From IMG/VR virus record IMGVR_UViG_3300031576_001126, positions 1 through 64,000 of that record: a stretch of 64,000 nt of DNA; one strand, written 5' to 3'. Under the pieces are notes generated by a model. It had not been told where the DNA came from, searched no databases, and saw only the letters and a program-made list of their open reading frames with translations. This document shows, one piece after another, positions 28,164 through 39,200 of this stretch. The first letter of the stretch is position 1, and every line of letters starts with the position of its first letter. The DNA comes from a virus. The position numbers were made by a program, and so were the translations under genes.

Positions 28164-31100
28164 ATGCCTGCCGTTTGGGTTGGAAAACCAGATATAAAAG
28201 TTATACTAAAAAAGCAACAATATCAGTGGGTTTTGCCTGATACAAAGGAATTCGATATTAATTTATCTAACTATATATCGACTTTCGATAGCCCGGCTTT
28301 TAGACAGGATAATATTTTCATTCACAATGATCTTGGCATTGCCATGGTGACTCCTCTTTGGGCCAATAGAAATAATTTTATAGAAAACATAAATGGCCCA
28401 CCATCAAGATATAAAGTAAGCGTTCCTAAAGGCGCACCGCAAGAATCGGAAAACGAAATAAATAAAAGAGTTTGGATAGCAAGGCCAACAATAAATCAAT
28501 CTCCATTTTCGATAGAAAATGGAACTGTCTTTAAAAGACCCGATCAAGAATTTGCCGAGCCAGGATCAACAACGGATTTGTCAGACAACATACTTGACAA
28601 CAGATATCCTGGTCCAATTTGGGCTGAAGAATTTCACGGATCCACGGCATCAAGTGATCCAACTGTTAAAAGAAGTCCGCCTGTTTCTTGGGTTCATCAA
28701 AAAAACTCAAATCCAAATGTTGAATTTTTTCTTTGCCAAAAATATGGTAATTTTACAAATGAATCTTTTTGGATAGATTTTAAAAAATTTAGAAGTGAAA
28801 AACCATCGAATATTCCAGAATCCGAGATAACTGATAATAGTGGGAAAACAAGTCGGTTTAACAGATATCAATCTGGAACGGATCTTTTTAATTATTTGGC
28901 CATTAGGATTGGGGCAGAAAGCAATGCGGATGTTCAAAGCCCTAAAGGATATGATATTGTTTTCCCAATAGATGGGGCTCCATTTATTTATGATCACGAA
29001 GGAACTGGTCTTTCCGCTGATCCAGATGCTCCCGAAACACAAAATAAATTTCTATTTCAAGGTTATGTCGCTAGTAAAAAGGATGATTCGAGTTGGATTT
29101 TAAGGGACGATATAGATTCTTTTCAACTTATGTTTTGGATTGTCAGAGGAAAACTATCTATTCAATCTACCTTTTCTAATTCAATATGGTATTTCCCAGA
29201 AGATTTGGCGAATACACCATATCAAGCTTCTGAAGATAGATATTCTAATTTTTTTGTAAAAGCTTCAAATATTTGCATAATGGGAAGAGGAGTTAAATTT
29301 AGATTTAATTTTAATCCATTGGAATTTAATGTATTTAGTAGCGGAAGAGAAAAGGGATCAAATCAAGCAAGTGATTATCATGGCAGATTTGTTGTCGGTC
29401 CATTTCCGGTTAGAAAGGAATTTGCCACCAGTAAAAGTGGTGGTTGGATAGATTACGATGAAATAAGCACAGAAAATGAACTTGGATTTCAAAATTACAC
29501 TGCTATACCATTCAACAAAATTGATCAAGAAACAGGAAATTCTGTAGATACGGTTGAACAAGCTTATGGATTTGATTTGGTGACAGACAAATATGATGGT
29601 GCCAATTTACCATCTGCTGGTTTTTATACTTCAATGATGATGAGAGTAAATACGGGGGATATTGGAAGCATAAGACAAATAGTCAAAACCACAATGAGGC
29701 CCATTGATTTTTCTGAACAATCTATATATCCACCAACTGGTGGACCTCTTTTTACGATAAGTGGATCTCCATTGCCTATTTTTACAAATCAATTTTTAGA
29801 AGTTGATTTACATTGCAAAGAACCATCAATTGGTCCCAATGCTGAAAATATAAGTAAAAGATTTGCTTCCCCTTTGATTTGGAGATTAAAGGGGAGAATG
29901 TTTGTTCCTCCAATTCCTGAAGCTCCAGAAATTGATGTGACGGATTTTGTTACATTAATAAGTTACGATACTAATTCTCCAGATTTGAGTGGTGTTGAAC
30001 AAAACTTTACAGTCAGCATGAGAATCCCGAAGCAATGGGAATTTGATAGAATAAATACAGGAGATGCCTTTGATATATATAGCAATCCTGCAAAAGCCCA
30101 ATCAAAAACTCTTGGACAAGTTGTAAGTCGTCAAGATTTTATAAATTTGGTTTTAGATGGAGTTAGACAGGTTGAAATATGGCTCGGATGGTGGGGAATT
30201 AACAGATATGAAGATGATGTGTTGGTAAACTTACCAAATGGCTTCAATAACCCGTTTTCAAATTCTTTATTTGAAAAAGAAACCGAAACAAAAGATGGTA
30301 GCGGAACAAGGGTTAAAGTTTTTACAGGAATGTCTATTGGAGGTCCAGTTAGGGAATCTTATGGAAATGATGTTATAGAATTAAGATGTATTGATAAAAT
30401 TAATATATTGAAGAATTTCGCAATAGTCAATAGTCCTTTTTTTGATGGGATGAAAGTAGACAGTGGATTTCTAAAGTGTTGTGGATTAAGTGGAATGCCC
30501 CCGGATAAATTTAGAGTTAGATCGATATGGGCAAGTCGAGAAGTTTTACCGATGAGTTTTAGTTTTCAAGAACCATTATTGAAGTTTGCAGATAATTCGA
30601 GCATATATGACGCAGTAAAAAGAATATTGAGTCAGGGTTGGCATGTTTTACAAACAGATCCTGATGGAGTTATGGCTTTAACTGATTTGTTTTATGATTT
30701 TAATGACACAAATTTAAATAGGCTTGCCGATGTTCAGGACTTGCCTCTAACACACAATTCTTATGTTTATCACGTTGATGGTTGGGCGGATAGATCGAAT
30801 TTTTCAGGAGGTGACACTACCCAAATAGAGGGATTAAGTCCATGGACAAGTTTTGGAGAAGAGGGACAATTGTTGTTAAATGGGTCTTCTTCTAATCAGA
30901 ATCCCTTCCAAAGATGTTATGAAAGTTTAAGTTTTGACAAAGCAATATCCGATCAGGCTTCGGATGTTGGAATTTTAACAATAAATAGAATTACTGGAAA
31001 TTTTATGAAACAAAACAATATAGATTTAGAAGCAATAGAAAATCCAGAAGCAAAAAATTTTATAGGATATAGAAAAGTTCTTCAACAATGGACCCCGGCA

Positions 31101-31403
31101 GTTGGTGAAAAAAAAGAATTAAGAAAATTAGTGGCCCTATATAGCTTGCATGGATTTCAAAGTCCCCTAAAAGTTAGTTTTACAACATTCGGAAGACCAA
31201 CATTAAGACCGCTAGATATAATAGAAGTTGTTCATCAAGATCCAAAAACAATTATTATAAAAGCAGGAGGAAGTTTAACACCTGGTTTTATAGAATTAAC
31301 AACAACAAGAATAAAATATAGAGTTAGAAAAGTAAGCGGAGAAATAAAATATAATGATAATTCATGGCAATGGAAAATGAATGTCGAAGGAGAAAAATTA
31401 TAA
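28164..31403 (+). CDS. Putative baseplate hub / tail-tip protein
   Basis: 1079 aa. C-terminal half has hub-like motifs KVFTG....GP...IELRCIDKINIL and FTTFGRPTLRPLDII...YRVRKVS. Confidence 0.55.
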   Translation: MPAVWVGKPDIKVILKKQQYQWVLPDTKEFDINLSNYISTFDSPAFRQDNIFIHNDLGIAMVTPLWANRNNFIENINGPPSRYKVSVPKGAPQESENEINKRVWIARPTINQSPFSIENGTVFKRPDQEFAEPGSTTDLSDNILDNRYPGPIWAEEFHGSTASSDPTVKRSPPVSWVHQKNSNPNVEFFLCQKYGNFTNESFWIDFKKFRSEKPSNIPESEITDNSGKTSRFNRYQSGTDLFNYLAIRIGAESNADVQSPKGYDIVFPIDGAPFIYDHEGTGLSADPDAPETQNKFLFQGYVASKKDDSSWILRDDIDSFQLMFWIVRGKLSIQSTFSNSIWYFPEDLANTPYQASEDRYSNFFVKASNICIMGRGVKFRFNFNPLEFNVFSSGREKGSNQASDYHGRFVVGPFPVRKEFATSKSGGWIDYDEISTENELGFQNYTAIPFNKIDQETGNSVDTVEQAYGFDLVTDKYDGANLPSAGFYTSMMMRVNTGDIGSIRQIVKTTMRPIDFSEQSIYPPTGGPLFTISGSPLPIFTNQFLEVDLHCKEPSIGPNAENISKRFASPLIWRLKGRMFVPPIPEAPEIDVTDFVTLISYDTNSPDLSGVEQNFTVSMRIPKQWEFDRINTGDAFDIYSNPAKAQSKTLGQVVSRQDFINLVLDGVRQVEIWLGWWGINRYEDDVLVNLPNGFNNPFSNSLFEKETETKDGSGTRVKVFTGMSIGGPVRESYGNDVIELRCIDKINILKNFAIVNSPFFDGMKVDSGFLKCCGLSGMPPDKFRVRSIWASREVLPMSFSFQEPLLKFADNSSIYDAVKRILSQGWHVLQTDPDGVMALTDLFYDFNDTNLNRLADVQDLPLTHNSYVYHVDGWADRSNFSGGDTTQIEGLSPWTSFGEEGQLLLNGSSSNQNPFQRCYESLSFDKAISDQASDVGILTINRITGNFMKQNNIDLEAIENPEAKNFIGYRKVLQQWTPAVGEKKELRKLVALYSLHGFQSPLKVSFTTFGRPTLRPLDIIEVVHQDPKTIIIKAGGSLTPGFIELTTTRIKYRVRKVSGEIKYNDNSWQWKMNVEGEKL

Positions 31404-31415
31404 AGGAGATAAAAT

Positions 31416-31607
31416 ATGATAGAAAGAGATAACGAGATTCAAGAACTTATTAAGCGTATTATTAAAATAAGAGAAAGGTTTGTAAATCAAGAAATCCGTG
31501 GCATTGCTCATCGAGGAGATTTAAGAAAACCTACACAACAATTAGATTTGATTTCAGATCCTTACACGGGAACAATTGGAGTTGATAATGGTCCTGCCGG
31601 GCCATAA
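31416..31607 (+). CDS. Small hypothetical protein
   Basis: 63-aa ORF with AAGGAG RBS. Confidence 0.65.
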   Translation: MIERDNEIQELIKRIIKIRERFVNQEIRGIAHRGDLRKPTQQLDLISDPYTGTIGVDNGPAGP

Positions 31608-31620
31608 ATAAGGCACAAAT

Positions 31621-32187
31621 ATGGAACACATTGAAAAATTAGAAGAAAAAATAATGGGTTTGGTTTATATGGTCATTAACAAAATTAATGATAAAAAATA
31701 TGTTGGGCAAACCACAAAAGGTTTGGACTGTAGAAAAAAATGGCATTTATATGATTATAAAATAAGAAAAAAAACAATCCCTGCATTTTATAATGCCTTG
31801 ACAAAATATGGTAAAAAAAATTTCAATTGGATAATTTTGAAAGACAATATAAATATTTTAGAAATAGACGAAAAAGAAAAACAATGGATAGTAAGAAAAA
31901 AACCAAAAACAATAAGTTATAATTGTTTGTATAACAAATACTTTTTAGAAGGTCTTTCTGCAAAAGATATTTCTTTTGGTTCTGGATGTTCCAAAATCCA
32001 CATTATGAAAAGTTTAAAAAAATTTGAAATTTTATCACATCCAATTAGATGGCTTAGTGAAAAAAAGAGAATTCCCATAAAAAAAATACACGATAAAAAA
32101 ATTAAAAAAGATAGTTTTACAATACAAAGAGCAATAAATAAAACATACCATAAAAATAAAATGGAGAGTGAACAATGCCTCGTGTAA
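31621..32187 (+). CDS. GIY-YIG homing endonuclease (possibly degenerate C-terminus)
   Basis: GLVYMVINKINDKKYVGQT..RKKWH...FYNALTKYG..NF...EKEKQWI. Very AT- and Lys-rich, free-standing among structural genes (likely start 31654). Confidence 0.8.
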   Translation: MEHIEKLEEKIMGLVYMVINKINDKKYVGQTTKGLDCRKKWHLYDYKIRKKTIPAFYNALTKYGKKNFNWIILKDNINILEIDEKEKQWIVRKKPKTISYNCLYNKYFLEGLSAKDISFGSGCSKIHIMKSLKKFEILSHPIRWLSEKKRIPIKKIHDKKIKKDSFTIQRAINKTYHKNKMESEQCLV

Positions 32188-35100
32188 CAGCCGTTTTTCG
32201 CATGCCGTATATTTCGGCTGCTGGCGAAATACTTACCGGACAAATGGAGTCTACAAGATGGAAAATCGTAGACAAACAATTGGAGGCCCTTTATTCTTTT
32301 CTTGGCGATGGCATTATTTCTGGTTGGGAAATTGAAAAAACTCCGAATATACCCTTATCGATTACAATAACACCAGGATCTGGTGTTGTTTCTGGAATAG
32401 CTGCTGCAAGTTCAGATAATACAATTCTAGAAAATCTTGTGCCCGGCACTGTTTCTGGAAATACCACAAATTTTTTGTATGCCAAACTCCTCGGCCATAC
32501 TCCATATACGGCACAAGTTGACTTTGTATCGTCCACGGTTTTTTATGATTCGGCTGTTTATTTGAAACTTGGAAAAGTTATTGTAGATGCTCAAAAAAAG
32601 ATAGTATCTATAGACATGTCTGAGTCATCTGGAAGAAAAAATCTTAGTTTTGTCAATTTTGTCCTGTCCATTGTCAAAGAACATTTACATACTGGAGCGC
32701 CAACAGAACCATCAAAGATCGATCTTCAAAATCATGTAAAGGGTATTTTAGATTCATCTCATATTGGAAATATTTCGGCATCCAAAATAACGGGAGGCTT
32801 TATTTCTCCAGATAGATTTAAATTATCACATAAAGATTTACAAGATGTTGGCACACTGACACACGAAGAAATAGATTCTTTAATTGAAAAACTTCAAAAC
32901 ATAAATAGATTGCTTTTTGGAGATATAATGACATCTAATTTGATGCAACTATATCTTTCTTTTAAACATATTTGGCCTGAAGTTGATGAATTTGCGCAAA
33001 ATTTTATCGCCATTATCCCAGGTATAGGAAACAACAAACTTTTAAACCCGAATAGTTTTATTGATCTTAATGCAACTACGGCTGAAATTGATTTCACAAA
33101 TCACAGAATAAGAGGAAAATCTTTAGCGGCAAAAGAACTTGCTCAAACCACAATAAACACTTTAGCCGAATGGAATTCTGGAGAATTTAATTCAAGTTTT
33201 GTAAGAATTCTAGATACAGGATCAGCTTATGGATATGGTTATGGTTATGGTGAAGGATTAGATTTCTTTGATGTATTTCAAACATCAGATTTTAATTTTC
33301 TGACAGGAACAGATCAATTTATAAGTTTTTCTGGGAATCAAACCGGATATGGCGCTGATGATTTTGAAACTGTTTTTGCGGGACAATATAGTTATGGATA
33401 TGGTTACGAATATGTCTCTGGATTTCCAAACACACTAACCACAACTTTAGTGACTTTAAATCCATTATCGCAAACATTAAACATTCATGACGAAAAACTT
33501 TCAGAAAATGAATCTGGAGGAAATGATTATATCGCATCTGATGTAAATTCTGGATTTTTTGTTCAAAAAGATCTTATTCCAGATGGAACAACAAAAGCTG
33601 CTTTTATAAAAAATTTAGGGAAAGACATAGCAACAACCGCCAGCGGACGAAGAAGCACGTCTATTGATCCATTTAATAATGGTATAAATAATATTCCTGA
33701 TGATTTATATTCTTTTTATTCATTTAAAGTTTCTTCGGGTGCTGATGGTCAAATCACCGATTCCGACAGAGCCACTGTTTATGTTGTTTGGGATAATCCC
33801 GTTGACATGACAATTAACAATGTAATCACCTTCAGAGTCGTCCAGGCAAAGGATGGTGAAGGAAATTTAACGACTTTTGATGAAAATTGGACTTTTGATC
33901 ATAGTTTTCAACTAATACTTGAAGCTACTGATGATACGCATAGAGCATATTATCTTTACAAAACAACAAATTCAACCAACAGATTTTTTGTCGGAGACGA
34001 ATACACGAATCAAAATGAAACCGCTCCTCTTGGTTTCTTTGGAACAAAATATTTTCAATCTCTTGGAGAATTTATAGACGGCAAACACAGATTCGAGTTA
34101 GCTGCCACAATAACCAGTGATTCTCTTGAGTTTGTCACGGCTTTTAATAAGAGCACTGAAGTCACCGTCAACAATCCATTTACATTTACCACATTAATTC
34201 AAAAAATAACTGGAATAATCTTATATACAGATACTATTTTTGGTCATGATAATAAACAACAAAATAATTTAGGAGCCACTTTTGTAAAATTGCCACAAGG
34301 AAGAAGAGAAAGACTACAATTTTATCCGGGTTTCGATCCTTCCGCCAGAATGCTTGCCGATATAGATAAAATATTTATTGGAGGCCCATTTGGTTTCGGC
34401 GATGATGCGGATAACAATGACATTGTGGATTTGATTGTTTCTTTTCCAGATAGAGTTGATTTTAATTCAATTAGTTGGATTTCCGATGAACCCGGAGATT
34501 CCATTGTTTGGATTCAAGTCAATAGACTTGAGGAAGATTCAGCAAACGATTATAGAACAGAACCAATTTATAGCAACAATGTGACACGAGCATCTTCCAT
34601 ATTTCCTTCCTCTGAGATAAGGGGGCCTGGAGAAGATTTTACAGACATATTTAAAAATATTCGTGGTATAAGAATGAGAGTTGTCTTATTGCCAACAACT
34701 GATAAAAGAGTTGCCCCAACAATAAGCAGCATAAGTGTTAATTATTCATCAAATACATTATCTAGTTCTTTAACAATAACTTCTTTTGAAGATTGGCAAA
34801 ATGCACGATCTGTTAAAAATTTGAAGTTGACTACAGATGGAACTGTCTATATCGATTTGCCAACGACAACCTTTGGCAAGGTTCAAAACATTTTTTATGG
34901 AACAGACAGATCTGTGGTTGAAGTAAACAATGATTTTAATACCGTTGTAAAAAGATATAATGGTTCTAATCTTCCTCTCACGGTAACACAACAATTAAAT
35001 AACCGACCCACTGGTCTTTCTGGGGCCATAACAGACCTTAAAAAGATGCGAGAAGGAGACATTGTTCTTCTCGACAGAGATGAGAGTCGGATTGTATATT

Positions 35101-36296
35101 TGGATCAAAATTATAATTTGAAAAAGATAATATCTTCAGAAAGAGTATTTTTTTCAAATATGGATGTCGGCGCTGGAGCGGCCGGAGATACGGCAACTTT
35201 AGTGAAAGCCATTTACAATAGAGAATTGAGTGATGATGGAATTCTTTATTTGGTTTTCTCTCATCAATTAGCCGCATATCCATCTCCAAATAATACCAAT
35301 GTAAAACCAAGCCAAATGTTTATAAAAAGCAAAGGACAAACAATAGATTTATCTTCAATATCCGTATCTGGAGATAGTGTCATAGCTTGCGACAGAGGGA
35401 TTTTGTCATTGAAACTAGACAGCACTATAGCCAATTTTATAGAAAGTGCTGTCAATCCGGTATTTCAGATAAGATTGGATTCAAATCCCGCTGTTATATT
35501 CGCTGGGACAACCACGGTAACGGCTGGAAGAATAGACATGCCAATCGTAAAAATTGGATCCAAGGGTATCTTTTCAAGTTATAATCTTATTTATGCTCCA
35601 ATTCAAGGCGTTGTTGCTTTCGATATAGACAATGATCTTGATATATTGCATCTATTAAAAAGTCAAAAACCTTATTCTTGGGACACCGATTCCAGTGTTG
35701 ATAATGTCTGGTATGCAAGATTCAGTGTAAATAGATTTTGGACATCTTGGAACTCATCTGATTCAAATAGCGCCCTTATTGATCCGAATATAGAAACTAA
35801 CATTAACACTATTCGTGGAACTGAAAGTGATCCAAGTTTAGTTTCTCCAAACTTTTTTATTAATAATTTCTTTGGATACAAGGGCTCATTACAAAGATTT
35901 GGTGATTGGATGCTCATAACGTTATGTGGAGATAAAAAAGTATTCATTACAAAAAAAGATGATTCTACTGAAGGTGTTTTAAAATTCAGACAACCAACAA
36001 CAATAGATTTGCCGGAAGACGGAACAACACCAATGGCGGCGAGACTGGACCCATTAACAACAACCGCTGATGATTTTAATTTTGTTTATGTGGCTTTGAG
36101 TGATTTAAGAAGAGGGACAACAGATAAAACTGGCGAGTCCAAAATTGTAAAAATTCAAGTAGGAGTTGTTCCCTCTCAAATGATTATCTGGACTTGGGGA
36201 TCGGGCAGTGATGAGCGCACGACCCAGGCAGTGTCGTGTAACGATATCCGTCCTCTTCTTTATACAGATGCCGAAGGTGTATTTGTGAGCACATAA
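32175..36296 (+). CDS. Large virion structural (baseplate/fibre-anchor) protein containing a YG module
   Basis: 1373 aa. DGIISGW..LSITITPGSG N-terminal fibre-base motif; HLHTG and H.DL..VG..TH.EID motifs; YG module at 33228-33413. Confidence 0.6.
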   Translation: MPRVTAVFRMPYISAAGEILTGQMESTRWKIVDKQLEALYSFLGDGIISGWEIEKTPNIPLSITITPGSGVVSGIAAASSDNTILENLVPGTVSGNTTNFLYAKLLGHTPYTAQVDFVSSTVFYDSAVYLKLGKVIVDAQKKIVSIDMSESSGRKNLSFVNFVLSIVKEHLHTGAPTEPSKIDLQNHVKGILDSSHIGNISASKITGGFISPDRFKLSHKDLQDVGTLTHEEIDSLIEKLQNINRLLFGDIMTSNLMQLYLSFKHIWPEVDEFAQNFIAIIPGIGNNKLLNPNSFIDLNATTAEIDFTNHRIRGKSLAAKELAQTTINTLAEWNSGEFNSSFVRILDTGSAYGYGYGYGEGLDFFDVFQTSDFNFLTGTDQFISFSGNQTGYGADDFETVFAGQYSYGYGYEYVSGFPNTLTTTLVTLNPLSQTLNIHDEKLSENESGGNDYIASDVNSGFFVQKDLIPDGTTKAAFIKNLGKDIATTASGRRSTSIDPFNNGINNIPDDLYSFYSFKVSSGADGQITDSDRATVYVVWDNPVDMTINNVITFRVVQAKDGEGNLTTFDENWTFDHSFQLILEATDDTHRAYYLYKTTNSTNRFFVGDEYTNQNETAPLGFFGTKYFQSLGEFIDGKHRFELAATITSDSLEFVTAFNKSTEVTVNNPFTFTTLIQKITGIILYTDTIFGHDNKQQNNLGATFVKLPQGRRERLQFYPGFDPSARMLADIDKIFIGGPFGFGDDADNNDIVDLIVSFPDRVDFNSISWISDEPGDSIVWIQVNRLEEDSANDYRTEPIYSNNVTRASSIFPSSEIRGPGEDFTDIFKNIRGIRMRVVLLPTTDKRVAPTISSISVNYSSNTLSSSLTITSFEDWQNARSVKNLKLTTDGTVYIDLPTTTFGKVQNIFYGTDRSVVEVNNDFNTVVKRYNGSNLPLTVTQQLNNRPTGLSGAITDLKKMREGDIVLLDRDESRIVYLDQNYNLKKIISSERVFFSNMDVGAGAAGDTATLVKAIYNRELSDDGILYLVFSHQLAAYPSPNNTNVKPSQMFIKSKGQTIDLSSISVSGDSVIACDRGILSLKLDSTIANFIESAVNPVFQIRLDSNPAVIFAGTTTVTAGRIDMPIVKIGSKGIFSSYNLIYAPIQGVVAFDIDNDLDILHLLKSQKPYSWDTDSSVDNVWYARFSVNRFWTSWNSSDSNSALIDPNIETNINTIRGTESDPSLVSPNFFINNFFGYKGSLQRFGDWMLITLCGDKKVFITKKDDSTEGVLKFRQPTTIDLPEDGTTPMAARLDPLTTTADDFNFVYVALSDLRRGTTDKTGESKIVKIQVGVVPSQMIIWTWGSGSDERTTQAVSCNDIRPLLYTDAEGVFVST

Positions 36297-39200
36297 ATGT
36301 ATGAGATAACAAAAAAAAACTATATATTTGGTGTGGATGTCTTATCAAAAACTTTTAAGATAACTGTTGGAAGAAGTTGTTTTTTCATGTGTTTCCCTGA
36401 TTTTAATTTTTCTAAAATTGTTTTTGGTGAAAACAGTATATCGATAATAGAAGCTTTGTCTGGAATTGACATTGTATATAAAACATCCAATAATTTCGTC
36501 AAAGAAGATATAATAATAAAAGACAAAAATCATGTAAACAACATTCGTTGTCAGGTGTCCATGAAAAATTGCATGATTTTTTATAATAAAATCAACAAAA
36601 ATTATTCAATTATAGGAAATAAAGGCAAAGATATATTTTCTTTTGGAAAAATAACTTCTTATAATTCCAAAAAAGAAATAGAAAGTTTTGCAAAAATATC
36701 ATATGATTCATTGTTAAATATAATTTTATATTCTTTTAAAACTTTGTCGTTGAACGAATACCCCATCACCGTTGATCCAACCTTTTTATTTCCTTCTGAA
36801 GCGAAAACAGCAAGCAAAGATGATATAAGTAGCCAAAACAATATGTTTATTGTTGGACTTAGTTCTGCGGACAAGCTTATAGAGGACGCCGAAGAAATAA
36901 CAAATCCCTTGACTGGCTCCAAACAAAAGCTTTTTTCTTCAGACGATGTTGTTTTTGAAAAAGATATTCAAGTTATTTTTCCATATTTAAATCCAAATAA
37001 TGTAGATTCGGTTTCTTTGCAAATAGAGCATAGTGGTTCTTTGCGGAATTTAACGTTTCCAAAAAGTGGAGATAATGCATTTGTCATAGCTTCATATTTA
37101 GTCGGAGAAACTTTAGTTAGTTACATCTATGTGGTTTTTTCACTAAAATCTAATTTAGTAGGAACTGTAAAAGTTATTGGAGATGTGAATTTTAATCCAG
37201 ATCTTTATGGAAATTTTTCGGTATCTTTTAGTAGAACCTTTTTTTTTGTTTTCGATGTTAATTTAAGAATGTCATCTGAAAATATTGTATATAATAATGA
37301 AAACGAGTTATTAAAAAACAATATAGTTGTGAGTCATTTTTCAAAATTTAGTCCATTGGAATATAATATTCTTCCATATGAATTTGAAGATGAAAACATT
37401 AATAAATTCACAGAAACCGTGACATTTAGTATTGCTCCAACCAAAGTTGAAAATCGGAATCCGGCAAGAACAAATGTTCATTTTAAGTTTGATCCCAGCA
37501 TAATCCCAACTCCTTCTTTTAAAGATAGTCGTCAAGATTCGTCTGCCGAAATTGATATGGAGACGCTATTAAAGACTTTGCCGGGCATGGACTATGAACT
37601 TTTGGATAATGACGGAAATCCAATGCCAAAATTTTACAAAATATCTAATCCGGGTAATTGGGAATTTTGGGCTTTATTTCCAAATATAAATTATGATATT
37701 CAAAATTCTTCACCAGATATAAGAGCTTATATTGCTGTAAAAAACAATTCCAGATTCAAAAGAACTATTTTAAAAATAATTATTGGGGGACAAGGATCAT
37801 TCAGAAAAGAATGGAAACCCGGAATAACGGATGCCAATGATTTTTGGCAAATGTTTTTCGACAACACTGGGCCTGTGGAAAAAGATTTGTTTCAAAAATT
37901 AGCCGACGAATATATTGTAAATAAAAAAAGCCCCTATGTGTCTAATGGCATTGGAATCAACATGACTGTGCCGTTTAGAAGGATATTGGATCAGGATAAG
38001 CCGGGAGAATATTTAGAATTAAAATGTTCTATAAAAGTTAGTGGAAATAATTTTTTTGATATCATATATGAATATAGAAATACCACATCTGAAAAGTTAA
38101 AACTCATAGGGAATTCAAATGCTGTTGATTTAATATATGGAAATAATTTTTTTCAATATAATCAGGGCATAGATATAGACATGTCGAGTGGACATTTTGT
38201 AAATATAAAAAGAAATGATTTTAGAGATTCGCAATTTGACTGGATACCTATCGACAGAAGCCTTGATTCTTTGAAGACAAATATAACTCTTTCTGAATTC
38301 TACGGGGTTACGAGTTCAACAACATCAGATCGGGCCAATTTGTTTGTTTACACTGTTGAAAGAAATTTGTCCAATATAGAAATGAAACCTGGCAATATGA
38401 TTGCTAATGGTGATTTTGAATTTTTTACAAATAATATTCCCGCTTCATGGACTTTTTTCCCAAGCGATTCTGAAAATTTTCCAGTTACTATAAAAGAAAC
38501 ATCAATAGTTTTTTCAGGAACAAGCAGTTTGAGATGGTCTCACGATGGAAATAGTGTGGGAATTGGAGTAAGCAACAATCTAAAATTTCCATCTTTAAGT
38601 CAAGCTTTTTTGATTGGAAACAATCCCACAATAAGGGATAAAAGATTATACTATTCTTATCAAATAAGAGCTGTTTTGGGAACAAATAAAACCAAAACAA
38701 CTTTAGGATTCGGGACCTATAATAATTTTCAAGAAATATCCCCATCGTTTGGGAATGTTGAGGTAAATTATGACGATTCCAAATGGACAAAAGTTTTTGG
38801 ATATTTCGAATTAAGTGATCTTCCTTCTTCTAATGATTCTCAAGAATTCTTTAATAATGAAGTAAGAATTCTAATAAGGCCCACTTCGGAAAACAGTGTT
38901 CAAGAAGCTATTTTGGATGATGTTAGAATTTCTCTTTTGTCTTCGACACAAATAGAGCCTCCTTCAGATCCACGTAACGACATTCGATTTATTAGTACAG
39001 AATTAGATCCGAGATGGTATAGTGGGCGCATTTATTCTCAAATTGTCCATGATTTTTCCGATCCAAATAATTGGCCTCATGTTTTGGCTCATGATGATTG
39101 GTCTGTGGACGATGTAACAAGTGATGCTTGGTATTTCGAGGAACAAATAGAACCATTTATCATTTTCGACAGAGAATTACCAGTTTTCGATCCTGAAATT

